Part shown: positions 7,993 through 19,158 of the stretch, piece by piece
Layout of the letters: each line of letters opens with the position of its first letter
How positions within the stretch are numbered: the first letter of the stretch is position 1
Assembly (NCBI GenBank): GCA_046538065.1
Contig: JBKHJP010000002.1
Location: 1 to 37,446, forward strand
Origin: Thermoanaerobaculia bacterium
GTDB lineage: Bacteria; Acidobacteriota; Thermoanaerobaculia; Multivoradales; DATKCC01
DNA length: 37,446 nt
Direction of reading: 5' to 3'
Notes under the pieces: model-generated
The model's database searches: none
Told to the model about the DNA's origin: nothing
Seen by the model: only the letters and a program-made list of their open reading frames with translations
Position numbers and translations under genes: made by a program

Positions 7993-8826
7993 CTACGACG
8001 CCCCGTTCAACACGTTCTTGATGGCGAGCTCCGGCACCCGCCACTCGCCGCCGCTGATCCGGCCGACCTCCTCACCGCCCACGTAGACGATCCCCGTGGG
8101 CACCCCGGTCACTCCCTTGGACTCCAGCTCCGGGTCGTTGTAGTCGTCCGGCGCCCCGTAGTAGTCGAACTCGACCGCCGATTCCCCCAGGACCCGGTCC
8201 AGCTTGATGATCCGCGGGACCATCTGCTTGCAGGCCGAGCACTTGGAGTTGAAGAAGACCTGGACGCGCACCGGCTTCGAGGTCTCCTCGAGCTCCCGGA
8301 CCAGCGACCCGTTCGGCTCGTACTGCTCCGCCCCGCGGGCGTACGACGGGTCGTACTCGGTGAGGGCCTGGGCGCTCTGGGGCCCGGTGAGGGATTCCCG
8401 GCTGGCGAGCACGACCTCGCGGCCGCCCGCCGAGAACCGGACCCCGTCGTCCTGCACCTCGAGCCCCCCCACCGGCTGGAGCTCGGCGTCCGCGAGGACG
8501 TCGATCGTACCGTCCTGGCGCTTGGCCAGGCTCATGAAGCTCACCTGCTCCACGCGCCGGCTCCGGAGGTTGACCAGGAGCGGGCTGTCGAGCTCGGAGC
8601 CCAGGATCAGCATCGCCCGGCCCCGCTCCGACTGGTAGATCTCCGCCTCCGGCGCCGCCTCGCCGTCGATGGACAGGGCGAAGGCCCCCACCGGCTCGAA
8701 GTCCCGGAAGAGCGGGTCCGGGGTGCGCTGGCCGGCGGCGGGCGGGACGGCCCCGAGGACGAAAAGGAGCCCGGCGGCGCAGACGGCGGTCGCGGGGCGG
8801 AATACGAGAAGCTTTCCAGGTCTCAT
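7993..8826 (-). CDS. Secreted thioredoxin-fold protein (CSAC active-site-like motif)
   Basis: ATG at 8826 (MRPGKLLVFRPATAVCAAGLLFVLGAVPPAAG, signal peptide) is preceded by GGAGAGAG. The C-terminal domain reads VQVFFNSKCSACKQMVP...GVPTGIVYVGGEEVGRISG, a CxxC plus cis-Pro-type thioredoxin layout. The track ORF extends to 9012, but that extension is shadow of the upstream gene. Confidence 0.75.
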   Translation of the reverse strand: MRPGKLLVFRPATAVCAAGLLFVLGAVPPAAGQRTPDPLFRDFEPVGAFALSIDGEAAPEAEIYQSERGRAMLILGSELDSPLLVNLRSRRVEQVSFMSLAKRQDGTIDVLADAELQPVGGLEVQDDGVRFSAGGREVVLASRESLTGPQSAQALTEYDPSYARGAEQYEPNGSLVRELEETSKPVRVQVFFNSKCSACKQMVPRIIKLDRVLGESAVEFDYYGAPDDYNDPELESKGVTGVPTGIVYVGGEEVGRISGGEWRVPELAIKNVLNGAS

Positions 8827-9875
8827 CGGCTCTCTCCGGAAGAAGAAGCGATTCGGTCGTCCATGTCGGGCGCCCACCGCTCGAAGGGGGGCAGCCCGTC
8901 CCAGGTCTCCACCACCTCGCCGCCCCGGACCAGGAAGGACCGCGGCAGCCGGCGGTAGAGAGGGGCCAGCAGGCTTTCGGGAGCCTGATACGGCTCGAAC
9001 CCGGGGGTCCACGTCCAGAAGAAGGTCTGGCGCTCCTGGGGACCGGCGGTGGTGAAGACCGCAAGGCCCGGCGCCCCGGAGCCGGCCAGATAACTCGCGT
9101 CCAGGTACTGGTTCAGCCGCTCCACCCGCTCGCCGAAGGCCTCGTCCAGCTCCGCCAGGACCACCAGGTGCTCGCCCTCGGCGAGCTCCGGCGCCAGGGC
9201 GTCGAAGCAGATCCGCTCCGAGCCCTCACCGGCGCAGAGCTCCGCCACCTCGACTCCGGGGCGCAGGCGCGTGGCCCAGTCGTCCAGGGGAAGCTCCGGC
9301 GCCTTCCAGGCGAGGGCGACGATCCCCACGGCGGCGGCCAGGCCCAGGGCCGTGCGCACGGGCGGAACGGCCCGAGGGCCGCGGCTCCCGGCGCCCCGGC
9401 GCCCGACGAACGCCAGCGCCAGGGCCGGGACCATGAGCGCCAGGTCCTGCCAGAACGCCTCGGCGGGCGTGCGCTGGACCAGGTTGCCGAAGCAGCCGCA
9501 GGAGGCGGAGTCCACCTCCAGGCCCGCGGCGGCCCGGTAGTAGTCCTGGCCGGTGAGGAAGAGGAAGAACAGGACCAGGAGGGCCGTGGGCACCAGCACC
9601 CAGAGGCGCCGGACGCCGAGGACCAGGAGGGCGCCGAGGCCCGCCTCCAGGGCCAGGGCGAGGAACGCTACGGCGCCGGCCCCGAGCCCGAAGGTGAGGC
9701 CGCGGCCGGCGATCTCCTCGACGAAGGCGTCGGGGTGGATCGCCTTGGCCCAGGCGGCGAACAGGAAGACCGCGCCCAGGGCGACTCCGCCGAGGGTGCC
9801 CAGGAGGGCCCAGGGGGACCGGCTCCCGGAGGAGACGGCCTCGGCCTCGGGCTGCTGGCGGGCGGGTTCGGCCAT
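8823..9875 (-). CDS. MauE/DoxX-family membrane protein fused to a C-terminal thioredoxin-like (TlpA-like) domain
   Basis: ATG at 9875. There are four hydrophobic segments with the CGCFG motif typical of MauE/DoxX. The C-terminal ~170 aa (HLVVLAELDEAFG...SFLVRGGEVVETWDG) look like a thioredoxin fold without a canonical CxxC. The stop overlaps the downstream ATG (ATGA, 8823-8826). Confidence 0.7.
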   Translation of the reverse strand: MAEPARQQPEAEAVSSGSRSPWALLGTLGGVALGAVFLFAAWAKAIHPDAFVEEIAGRGLTFGLGAGAVAFLALALEAGLGALLVLGVRRLWVLVPTALLVLFFLFLTGQDYYRAAAGLEVDSASCGCFGNLVQRTPAEAFWQDLALMVPALALAFVGRRGAGSRGPRAVPPVRTALGLAAAVGIVALAWKAPELPLDDWATRLRPGVEVAELCAGEGSERICFDALAPELAEGEHLVVLAELDEAFGERVERLNQYLDASYLAGSGAPGLAVFTTAGPQERQTFFWTWTPGFEPYQAPESLLAPLYRRLPRSFLVRGGEVVETWDGLPPFERWAPDMDDRIASSSGESR

Positions 9876-10020
9876 GGCGGTTTCGGGGGGTTCGACGCGT
9901 CGCGGTGGATGCTATCGGCGCCCCGGAAAACCGGGCAAGCGCTGGGTGAATTCCTGAGCCGCGGGCACCGTGGGGTACGGGAGGTTTCCGGGCCGGAAGA
10001 CTCCGGATCCGGGAGAGGAG

Positions 10021-10189
10021 GGCCGGGTCGGGGACGCTCCCGTCCGGGGACCGGCGCGAGCGTCCGGGTGGGTTCGCCGCTCGGCTCGCGCCTCCGCTCA
10101 GGCCGGGCGACGGAAGGTGTCGGACGACGTGACGACCGGAAGCGGCCCGGCCTTCGAGGTCCCGGGACGGGAGCGTCCCCGACCCGGCC
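10021..10189. repeat. MITE-like element: 25-bp perfect (32 bp with 1 mismatch) terminal inverted repeats around a ~105-bp core
   Basis: The left arm is GGCCGGGTCGGGGACGCTCCCGTCC (10021-10045). Its exact reverse complement is at 10165-10189. The arms extend inward by 7 nt with 1 mismatch. Each arm also contains its own GGGACG/CGTCCC mini-hairpin. Confidence 0.55.
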
Positions 10190-10268
10190 TCCGAACCGCT
10201 CGTGGCTTCGGCGGCGTTGGCGGAACACCGGTGGGTCGACCGCCTTCATCCTGCGCCCCCTCGGGAGC

Positions 10269-10295
10269 GTGTAGGGGCGGAGCTTGTCTCCGCCC
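10269..10295 (+). repeat. Solo REP-like hairpin unit
   Basis: The sequence is gtgtaggggcggagcttgtctccgccc, located in the intergenic region between the MauE-like gene start and the uvrA-like stop. Confidence 0.8.
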
Positions 10296-10359
10296 GAACC
10301 GATGCGACCTCGATGGCCGTTGATGTCGAAGCGACCGTGGATGGGCGGCGGAACGGCCC

Positions 10360-13341
<2,982 letters not shown>

Positions 13342-13454
13342 GGCGACGGGTGGGCAGCCCTTCCGGTGGAGGGGCGCCGAGCACTCCATGGTATCGCGCC
13401 TCGCGCGGAGAGGAGCGGCTCGGCCATCGGGCGGCTGACCCGCATGGACGCCCT

Positions 13455-14588
13455 TCACGGCCGGAAGCGCAGGCACCACTCGCCCTCCAGGCGCGTAAGG
13501 AGGGCGTTTCCACGGTGGATCGGCTCCAGGACCTCCGGGCGCTTCGCGTGGAGCAGCATCATGGGGCCGCTGCGGAACAGGCACCCGCGATCGGTGAGCT
13601 CGGTGATCAGGCCGGGCCCGGACCGGCCCGTCAGGGCGATCACGCCGCGGGGCCCGGCATGGCGCAGCAGGTGGCGGAACAGGTCGCCCACGGACCCGCG
13701 GCGGGCGACGAGCTGCAGGACCTCCCCCCGCTTCGCCTCGTCGACCGCGTAGACGAACCATCCGGCCGTTCGCCCGTGGGGATCCCGCACGGCCACCGCG
13801 TGGAGGTCGCCGGCGGCACCCCGCGCGCGCCTCAGGGCCCACTGCAGCGAAGGGCGCTCGTAGCACGGATGGAGGGCATGGCGCGTCCCGGCCTCCGCCA
13901 TGCGTTCCAGGAGGGCCTCCGGGCTCAGCTCCTCCGTCGAGCCGCGGGGCCCCGGCCCCTCGTTCGGACGCTGCAGCCAGCGTGCGGCGACCCCGTCCAC
14001 CACCGGTCCCAGGGGGGCACAGGCCCGGGCCAGCGCGCCGCCGCCCCGGCGCCGGCGCAGGGCGTGGAGAGCCATCCGGCCGGGGCGCAGCGGGCGGATC
14101 CAGGTCAGGCTGTACAGGGGGCAGGCCTCGCCGCCGCGGGCCTCCCAGAGCCGCAGGCTGGCCCGGTTCGCCTCGTCGGTGAAGGAGAGGTCCTGGGGCC
14201 CCCGGAAGTGCTCGTCCATCAGCCGGAGCCCCACCATGCCCCGCTTCCGGGGGTGGACCACGAACTGGGAGCAGACGGCCACCCGGAGACTCCGCCCGCC
14301 CAGCGACATCCGCCTGGCGACCACCCCCAGGAACCCGGCGATCCTCCCGTCGCCCTCCTCGTAGACCAGGGGGCCGATTCCCTCCTCCCGCCAGGGGCCG
14401 CTCAGGAAGACGTCGGTGAAGTAGTCCCGGTACGCCTCCGACAGCCGGCGCAACGCTTCATTCCCCGCGCCGCCGGCGGCGTTCTCCGGCACCCGGAACA
14501 CGGTCCGGTGCACCTCCGCGACCTGGGGGATGTCCGACTCCACGAAAGGCCGGACCCGATCGCGGCCGCTTGTGCATCGCGACCCCAC
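13455..14588 (-). CDS. Two-domain GNAT-like acyltransferase
   Basis: The N-terminus reads VRPFVESDIPQVAEVHRTVF. An acyl-CoA motif-A-like stretch is present: VVHPRKRGMVGLRLM. At 377 aa it is larger than a minimal GNAT. The GTG start at 14588 lies 10 nt after the ACP stop, with GAGGGGA upstream. Confidence 0.6.
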   Translation of the reverse strand: MGSRCTSGRDRVRPFVESDIPQVAEVHRTVFRVPENAAGGAGNEALRRLSEAYRDYFTDVFLSGPWREEGIGPLVYEEGDGRIAGFLGVVARRMSLGGRSLRVAVCSQFVVHPRKRGMVGLRLMDEHFRGPQDLSFTDEANRASLRLWEARGGEACPLYSLTWIRPLRPGRMALHALRRRRGGGALARACAPLGPVVDGVAARWLQRPNEGPGPRGSTEELSPEALLERMAEAGTRHALHPCYERPSLQWALRRARGAAGDLHAVAVRDPHGRTAGWFVYAVDEAKRGEVLQLVARRGSVGDLFRHLLRHAGPRGVIALTGRSGPGLITELTDRGCLFRSGPMMLLHAKRPEVLEPIHRGNALLTRLEGEWCLRFRP

Positions 14589-14598
14589 GTCGATCCCC

Positions 14599-14895
14599 TC
14601 ACTCCGGGCGTGGCCGGGGGCCGGGAGGCGGCGCCCCGTCGGCGCGGCGATGCACGATGCCGCTGATGCCGTTGACGGTCGTGAACGCCTCGCTGAACAG
14701 ATCCTCGTCGGGGATGTCCACCCCGAACGCCGACTCGAGGAACGCGACCAGCTCGATCACGCCCGTGGAGTCCACGAACCCCGCCTCGAACAGGTGGGTG
14801 TCCCGACCGAAGAGCGGGTCCTCCGGAGCCACCCGGAACTCCCGGCGCAGGAACGCCTCGATCCGGTCGGCCGCTTCATCCGGTGATATCGGCAT
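14599..14895 (-). CDS. Stand-alone acyl/peptidyl carrier protein
   Basis: A 98-aa ORF with the phosphopantetheine-site context GFVDSTGVIELVAFLE (DS motif). ATG at 14895 is preceded by GAGGGAGG. Confidence 0.8.
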   Translation of the reverse strand: MPISPDEAADRIEAFLRREFRVAPEDPLFGRDTHLFEAGFVDSTGVIELVAFLESAFGVDIPDEDLFSEAFTTVNGISGIVHRRADGAPPPGPRPRPE

Positions 14896-14957
14896 CGGTC
14901 GCCTCCCTCACGTGCTGCGGGACGCGGGCGTCCCTGGGTCCCTTCGCCCCCGGAGCT

Positions 14958-16145
14958 TCACCCATACCCGGCCGAGACCGACAGCTCCTCCCGGACGCGG
15001 CCGAGGATCTCGACCGCGCACTCCAGGTCACCACGCCCGGCGAGGGACAGGCGGAAGTACCCCGGCTCGTGGAAGATCGTCGAGGGCGCGACGAGGAGGC
15101 CGCGGGCTGCCGCGGCCTCGGCGAGCTCGAAATCGTCCCCGGTGGGGCACGCCGCGTAGACGAAGAACGTCGCGTCGGCGTCGCACACCTCGTAGCCGTA
15201 CCCTCGCAGGGCGCTCCGCACCCTCTCCTGCCGCTCCGCCAGCCAGTCCCAGCACAGCCGGACGTCGAGCAGCCGGCAGACGGCCCGCTGCATCAGGTCC
15301 GTGGGAGTGCAAGCGCCGGACACCCGGGCCCAGCGCTCCAGGTCGCGGGCGGTCCCGACGCTGTCGGGCATCCGGGGGGACACGGCGACGTAGCCGATCC
15401 GCTGACCCTGGAGCCGGAGGGCCTTGCCGAACGAGTAGACGCTGAAGCTCCGGGGATGGCTCCGCAGCGGGCTCCAGAGCTCGGCGCCGCTCCAGTCGAC
15501 CCGTCGGTGGACCTCGTCGCTGATCAGGTGGATCTCGGTTCCGTAGCGCTCCTCGGCCGCGGCGAGCTGGCCCGCCAGGGTCTCGACCTCGCGCCTCGAG
15601 TACAGGACCCCGGTGGGGTTGGAGGGCTGGGCGAGGAGGAATCCCCGGGTCCTCTCGTTCAGGGCCTTATCGATCGCCGCGTGGTCGAGCCGCTTGTCGG
15701 GTCCCGAGGGCACCAGGCGGAACGGGACGCCGAGGTTCCGGAGGTAGAGGGGATAGTCGTGCCAACACGGAGTCGGCACGATCACCTCGTCCCCCGGCCC
15801 GAAGCAGGCCCCGAGGACGAGGTTCAGGGCGGCCGTCGCCCCGGGGGTGAGGACCACGTGGCGATACTCGAACGCCAGCTCGTACTCCTCCCGCAGGCGC
15901 GAGGCCACCAGCCGCCGCGGCAGGGTCCTCCCGCCGAACGGGCTGTACTGGAAGGCCAGATCGCCCTCCTCCCGGACCGCCTCTTCCAGCGCCGAGCGGA
16001 CCTCCGGGGCGGGCCCTCCGTACGCGTTGGCGTAGGAGAGGTCCAGCACCCGGGGTCCGAACCGCCGGAACGCCGTGGCGATCAGCCCGTCGAGGCGCTC
16101 CTGCGGCGCCAGCAGAGGCTCGAGCTCACCGAGCGTTGCCGGCAT
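14958..16145 (-). CDS. Class I/II PLP-dependent aminotransferase
   Basis: The sequence carries PSNPTGV and the Schiff-base lysine context YSFGKALRLQGQRIGY. The length is 395 aa. The start overlaps the upstream ligase stop by 20 nt. Confidence 0.8.
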   Translation of the reverse strand: MPATLGELEPLLAPQERLDGLIATAFRRFGPRVLDLSYANAYGGPAPEVRSALEEAVREEGDLAFQYSPFGGRTLPRRLVASRLREEYELAFEYRHVVLTPGATAALNLVLGACFGPGDEVIVPTPCWHDYPLYLRNLGVPFRLVPSGPDKRLDHAAIDKALNERTRGFLLAQPSNPTGVLYSRREVETLAGQLAAAEERYGTEIHLISDEVHRRVDWSGAELWSPLRSHPRSFSVYSFGKALRLQGQRIGYVAVSPRMPDSVGTARDLERWARVSGACTPTDLMQRAVCRLLDVRLCWDWLAERQERVRSALRGYGYEVCDADATFFVYAACPTGDDFELAEAAAARGLLVAPSTIFHEPGYFRLSLAGRGDLECAVEILGRVREELSVSAGYG

Positions 16146-17658
16146 ACTCCTCCCTCAGGGCAGGCCGGTCCGGCTTGCCGGACGCCGTCAGGGGCGGGCG
16201 ATCGACGCGCCAGATGACCTCGGGGCGCAGGTACTCGGGCATCTCGCGCTTGCAGAAGTCCCGAAGGGCGTCCTCCCGGAAGGGGGTCCCGTCCTTCGGC
16301 GTGACCGCCGCCACGATGCGCTCGCCGGCCCCGTCACCGCCCACTCCGAACACCACCGCCGAGGCGACGAGCTCCGAGCCGTGGAGCAGGGCTTCGACCT
16401 CTTCGGGGCTCACCCGGAAGCCCCGGTGCTTGATCCGCTGGTCCCGCCGGCCGACGAAGTAGAGGTAGCCGTCCTCGTCCGTGCGCACCAGGTCCCCCGA
16501 GTACACGACGGTCTCCCGGACCCCGCCGGGCAGCGGACCGGGATGTGGCCGGAAGACCTCCGCCGAGGCCTCCGGGTCCCGCCAGTAGCCCAGGGCGACG
16601 TTGGCGCCCCGGTGCACCAGCTCGCCGACCTGCCCGGAAGCACAGGGGTGGCCGTCGGCGCCGACCACCAGGATCTCGACGCCGGGGATGGCCTTGCCGA
16701 TCGAGGACGGGCGCCGGTCCACCTGGTCCGGTGCCAGGTACGTGGAGCGGAACGCCTCGGTGAGGCCGTACATCAGGTACACCTGCACGTGGGGGTGGAC
16801 CCTCCGGACGGCCCGGACCACCTCCTCCGGCATCCTGCCCCCCGTGTTGGTGACGTAGCGCAGGTGCGGGAAGCTCCGGGCCAGGAAGGGCGAGCGCCCC
16901 TGCGTGAGCTGGGTCCACAACGCCGGCACGCCGGCCATGCCCGTCACCCGTTCCCTCCGGAGGGTGTCGCAGACGTCCGAGGGGAACGTGGAGCGCTGGA
17001 GGACCAGCGTCCCCCCGACGAGCAGGGCGGTCAGGAGCTGGTTGAGGCCGTAGTCGAAGCTGAAGGGCAACAGGCTGACCAGGACGTCATCGGGCCCCAG
17101 GTCCAGGTAGCCGGCGACGGTCCGCGTTCCGGAGAGGAGGTTTTCGTGGCTCAGCACCACCCCCTTCGGCTGGCCGGTGGAGCCCGACGTGTAGAGGAGG
17201 AGGGCCACGTCGGCGCCGATCACCCGCTCGTCCGACGGCTCGGCGGAAGGTACGGCCCCCCGCTCCACCCGGAGGATCTCCGCGGCCACCGGCTGGAGGC
17301 CGGGAACGTAGAGGAGCTGGCGTCCGTCAGTCAGGAGGAACGCCGCCCCGCTGTGCTCGAGGATGTAGCGGAGCTGCCGCGTCCGGAGCCGCTCGTAGGC
17401 GAGCACTCCGACGCCACCCGCGAAGAGGACGGCGAAGAGCGCCACCACCGCCTCGATGGACCTCGGCAGGAAGATCGCCACCCGGTCGCCCCTGCGGAGA
17501 CCCCGCTCCCGCAGCAGCCCGGCCCACCGCCGCGAGCGTTCCAGGAGCTCGCCGTACGAGGCCCGCCGGGCTCCGCCACCCGTGCCGTCCACGATGGCGA
17601 GCCTGTCCCGCGGCGGGCGCTTCAGCAGATCGGGGACCGAGTACAGCTCTCCCGGCAC
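16126..17658 (-). CDS. AMP-forming acyl-CoA/acyl-carrier ligase (ANL superfamily)
   Basis: Motifs seen are LLYTSGSTGQPKGVV, YGLTE, SGDLVRTDEDGYLYFVGRRD and a terminal SGKPDR. An unusual LPFSFDYGLNQLL segment is also present. The GTG start at 17658 is preceded by GAGAGGAG. Confidence 0.85.
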   Translation of the reverse strand: MPGELYSVPDLLKRPPRDRLAIVDGTGGGARRASYGELLERSRRWAGLLRERGLRRGDRVAIFLPRSIEAVVALFAVLFAGGVGVLAYERLRTRQLRYILEHSGAAFLLTDGRQLLYVPGLQPVAAEILRVERGAVPSAEPSDERVIGADVALLLYTSGSTGQPKGVVLSHENLLSGTRTVAGYLDLGPDDVLVSLLPFSFDYGLNQLLTALLVGGTLVLQRSTFPSDVCDTLRRERVTGMAGVPALWTQLTQGRSPFLARSFPHLRYVTNTGGRMPEEVVRAVRRVHPHVQVYLMYGLTEAFRSTYLAPDQVDRRPSSIGKAIPGVEILVVGADGHPCASGQVGELVHRGANVALGYWRDPEASAEVFRPHPGPLPGGVRETVVYSGDLVRTDEDGYLYFVGRRDQRIKHRGFRVSPEEVEALLHGSELVASAVVFGVGGDGAGERIVAAVTPKDGTPFREDALRDFCKREMPEYLRPEVIWRVDRPPLTASGKPDRPALREEYAGNAR

Positions 17659-17885
17659 TGGGCTCCTCTCTCGAGAACGGGGGCGCCGGCCTCCGGTGCG
17701 ATCTCCGGAAGGTCAGGCCCGGTCCACGTCCCCCCGATGCGGGCGCGGCCCGCCCGTTCACGTTTCGAGGCAAGCCATGTGCCAGTGCACTGGACCGGCA
17801 TTCGGTCCAGCCCCGGCCCGACGGGAACCGACAGGTCTACACGGCTTGTAATGACGACAAACCGGAGGCACCCCCTGGCACTGGC

Positions 17886-17914
17886 TTGACACCCGCTCCA
17901 GCCCGGGCTACCGT
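17886..17914 (+). promoter_or_regulatory. Candidate sigma70-type promoter in the ligase/pheA divergent intergenic region
   Basis: TTGACA (17886-17891), a 17-nt spacer, then TACCGT (17909-17914). The -35 is perfect but the -10 is weak. Pattern match only. Confidence 0.25.
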
Positions 17915-18042
17915 CCTTGCCCCGATGCACCCCTTGGCCCGATTTAGCCGCCCCTCGACGAGCCGTCCTTGGGACGGCCGGCCGGAGGGGCGTACCCCGG
18001 GCTAGCACTTAAGCACCGAGACACACCCCCGAAGCGATTCCG

Positions 18043-18076
18043 ACGCCGGCCTTCCCAGGCCGGCGTTTTCGTTTTC
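18043..18076 (+). terminator. Rho-independent terminator 36 nt upstream of the pheA start
   Basis: A 9-bp stem ACGCCGGCC (18043-18051) pairs with GGCCGGCGT (18058-18066) around the loop TTCCCA. It is followed by TTTCGTTTTC. The reverse strand has no U-tract, so the terminator is plus-strand specific. Confidence 0.65.
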
Positions 18077-18111
18077 TGGGCGGTACTCCCGGTGGAGCCG
18101 GAGGACCGACG

Positions 18112-19149
18112 ATGAAGCAGGACGCGTTGCGACAGCGGATCGATGAACTGGACGAGGGGATCCTGGAGCTCCGGGCCGAGCGCCGGCGCCTCTCCCAGGA
18201 GCTCCTGGACGACGCCGCCGGAGTGCGGGAGCACGCGGCCCGGGCTCGGGCGAACGGCGGCGCGGCGACGGTGCGGGCGGTCTTCCAGGGGGTCGGCGGC
18301 GCGTACTCCCACCTGGCGGCCCGGAGCTTCTTCGGCGACGGGCCGGAGGCGTCCTGCGAGGGGCTGCCGGAGCTCGCCGACGTGGTCCGGGCGGTCGAGG
18401 GGAGGAAGGCCACCCACGGCGTGCTGCCGGTGGAAAACACCACGGCCGGGAGCGTCCACCCGGTCTACGACCTCCTCCTGGGGACCGGGCTGTCGGTGGT
18501 GGGCGAGATCGTCCTCCGGGTGGAGCACTGCCTGGTCGGCGTCGAGGAGGTCCCCCTCGGGAGCCTCCGGCGGGTCTTCTCCCACTGGCAGGCCCTGGCC
18601 CAGTGCTCCCGGTTCCTGGCGGAGCTGCCCGAGGCCCGGGCGGTCCCGTGGGGGGACACGGCCCTGGCGGCGTCCAAGATCGCCGAGGACGGCGACCCGG
18701 CCCAGGCGGCGATCGCCAGCGAGGAGGCGGCGCGGCGCCACGGCCTGCCGGTCCTCCGGCGGGACGTCTCCGACGAGCGCGAGAACCTGACCCGGTTTCT
18801 CGTCCTCGCCCGGGACCCGGTGCGGGTGGACCCGCGCCTGCCGGCCAAGACGTCCCTGGTGATGAGCGTGCCCCACCGGCCGGGTGCCCTCCTCAAGGCC
18901 CTGGCCGCCCTGGAGGCCCACGGCCTGAACCTGACCAAGATCGAGTCCCGGCCCCAGAAGGGCTCGCCGTTCGAGTACCTGTTCTACCTGGACTTCGAGG
19001 GGAACCTGGAGGAGCCGCGGGTGCGCTACGCCCTGGCGGCGCTCCGCTGCGCCGCAGGGATCGTCCGTGTCCTGGGGTGCTACCCCGCGGCCCGGCGGCC
19101 GGAAGGGGGGCCGGACCCGCGGTGCGCGGCTCGGGACGGCGCGGGCTAG
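18112..19149 (+). CDS. pheA: Prephenate dehydratase with ACT domain and a short vestigial chorismate-mutase-like N-terminus (P-protein type)
   Basis: SD GGAGGA sits 6 nt upstream of the ATG. PDT motifs are FQGVGGAYSHLAA, VLPVENTTAGSV and NLTRFLVLA. The ACT region reads TSLVMSVPHRPGALLKAL...TKIESRP...FEYLFYLDFEG. Only about one CM helix is present (LRQRIDELDEGILELRAERRRLSQEL). Confidence 0.85.
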   Translation: MKQDALRQRIDELDEGILELRAERRRLSQELLDDAAGVREHAARARANGGAATVRAVFQGVGGAYSHLAARSFFGDGPEASCEGLPELADVVRAVEGRKATHGVLPVENTTAGSVHPVYDLLLGTGLSVVGEIVLRVEHCLVGVEEVPLGSLRRVFSHWQALAQCSRFLAELPEARAVPWGDTALAASKIAEDGDPAQAAIASEEAARRHGLPVLRRDVSDERENLTRFLVLARDPVRVDPRLPAKTSLVMSVPHRPGALLKALAALEAHGLNLTKIESRPQKGSPFEYLFYLDFEGNLEEPRVRYALAALRCAAGIVRVLGCYPAARRPEGGPDPRCAARDGAG

Positions 19150-19158
19150 GTACTGAGC

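Noticed and set aside
17877-17891. A sigma54 -24/-12 promoter (TGGCAC...TTGA)
   Set aside because: The spacing between GG and the putative -12 element is off by one, and the -12 reads TGAC/TTGA rather than TTGC. The only sigma54 activator in the window is a suspect fragment.
17925-18005. A Phe-rich leader peptide for pheA attenuation, as with E. coli pheL
   Set aside because: The only small ORF between the candidate promoter and the terminator (MHPLARFSRPSTSRPWDGRPEGRTPG) has a single Phe and no Phe run. The TTT/TTC codons near 18066-18076 are simply the terminator U-tract.
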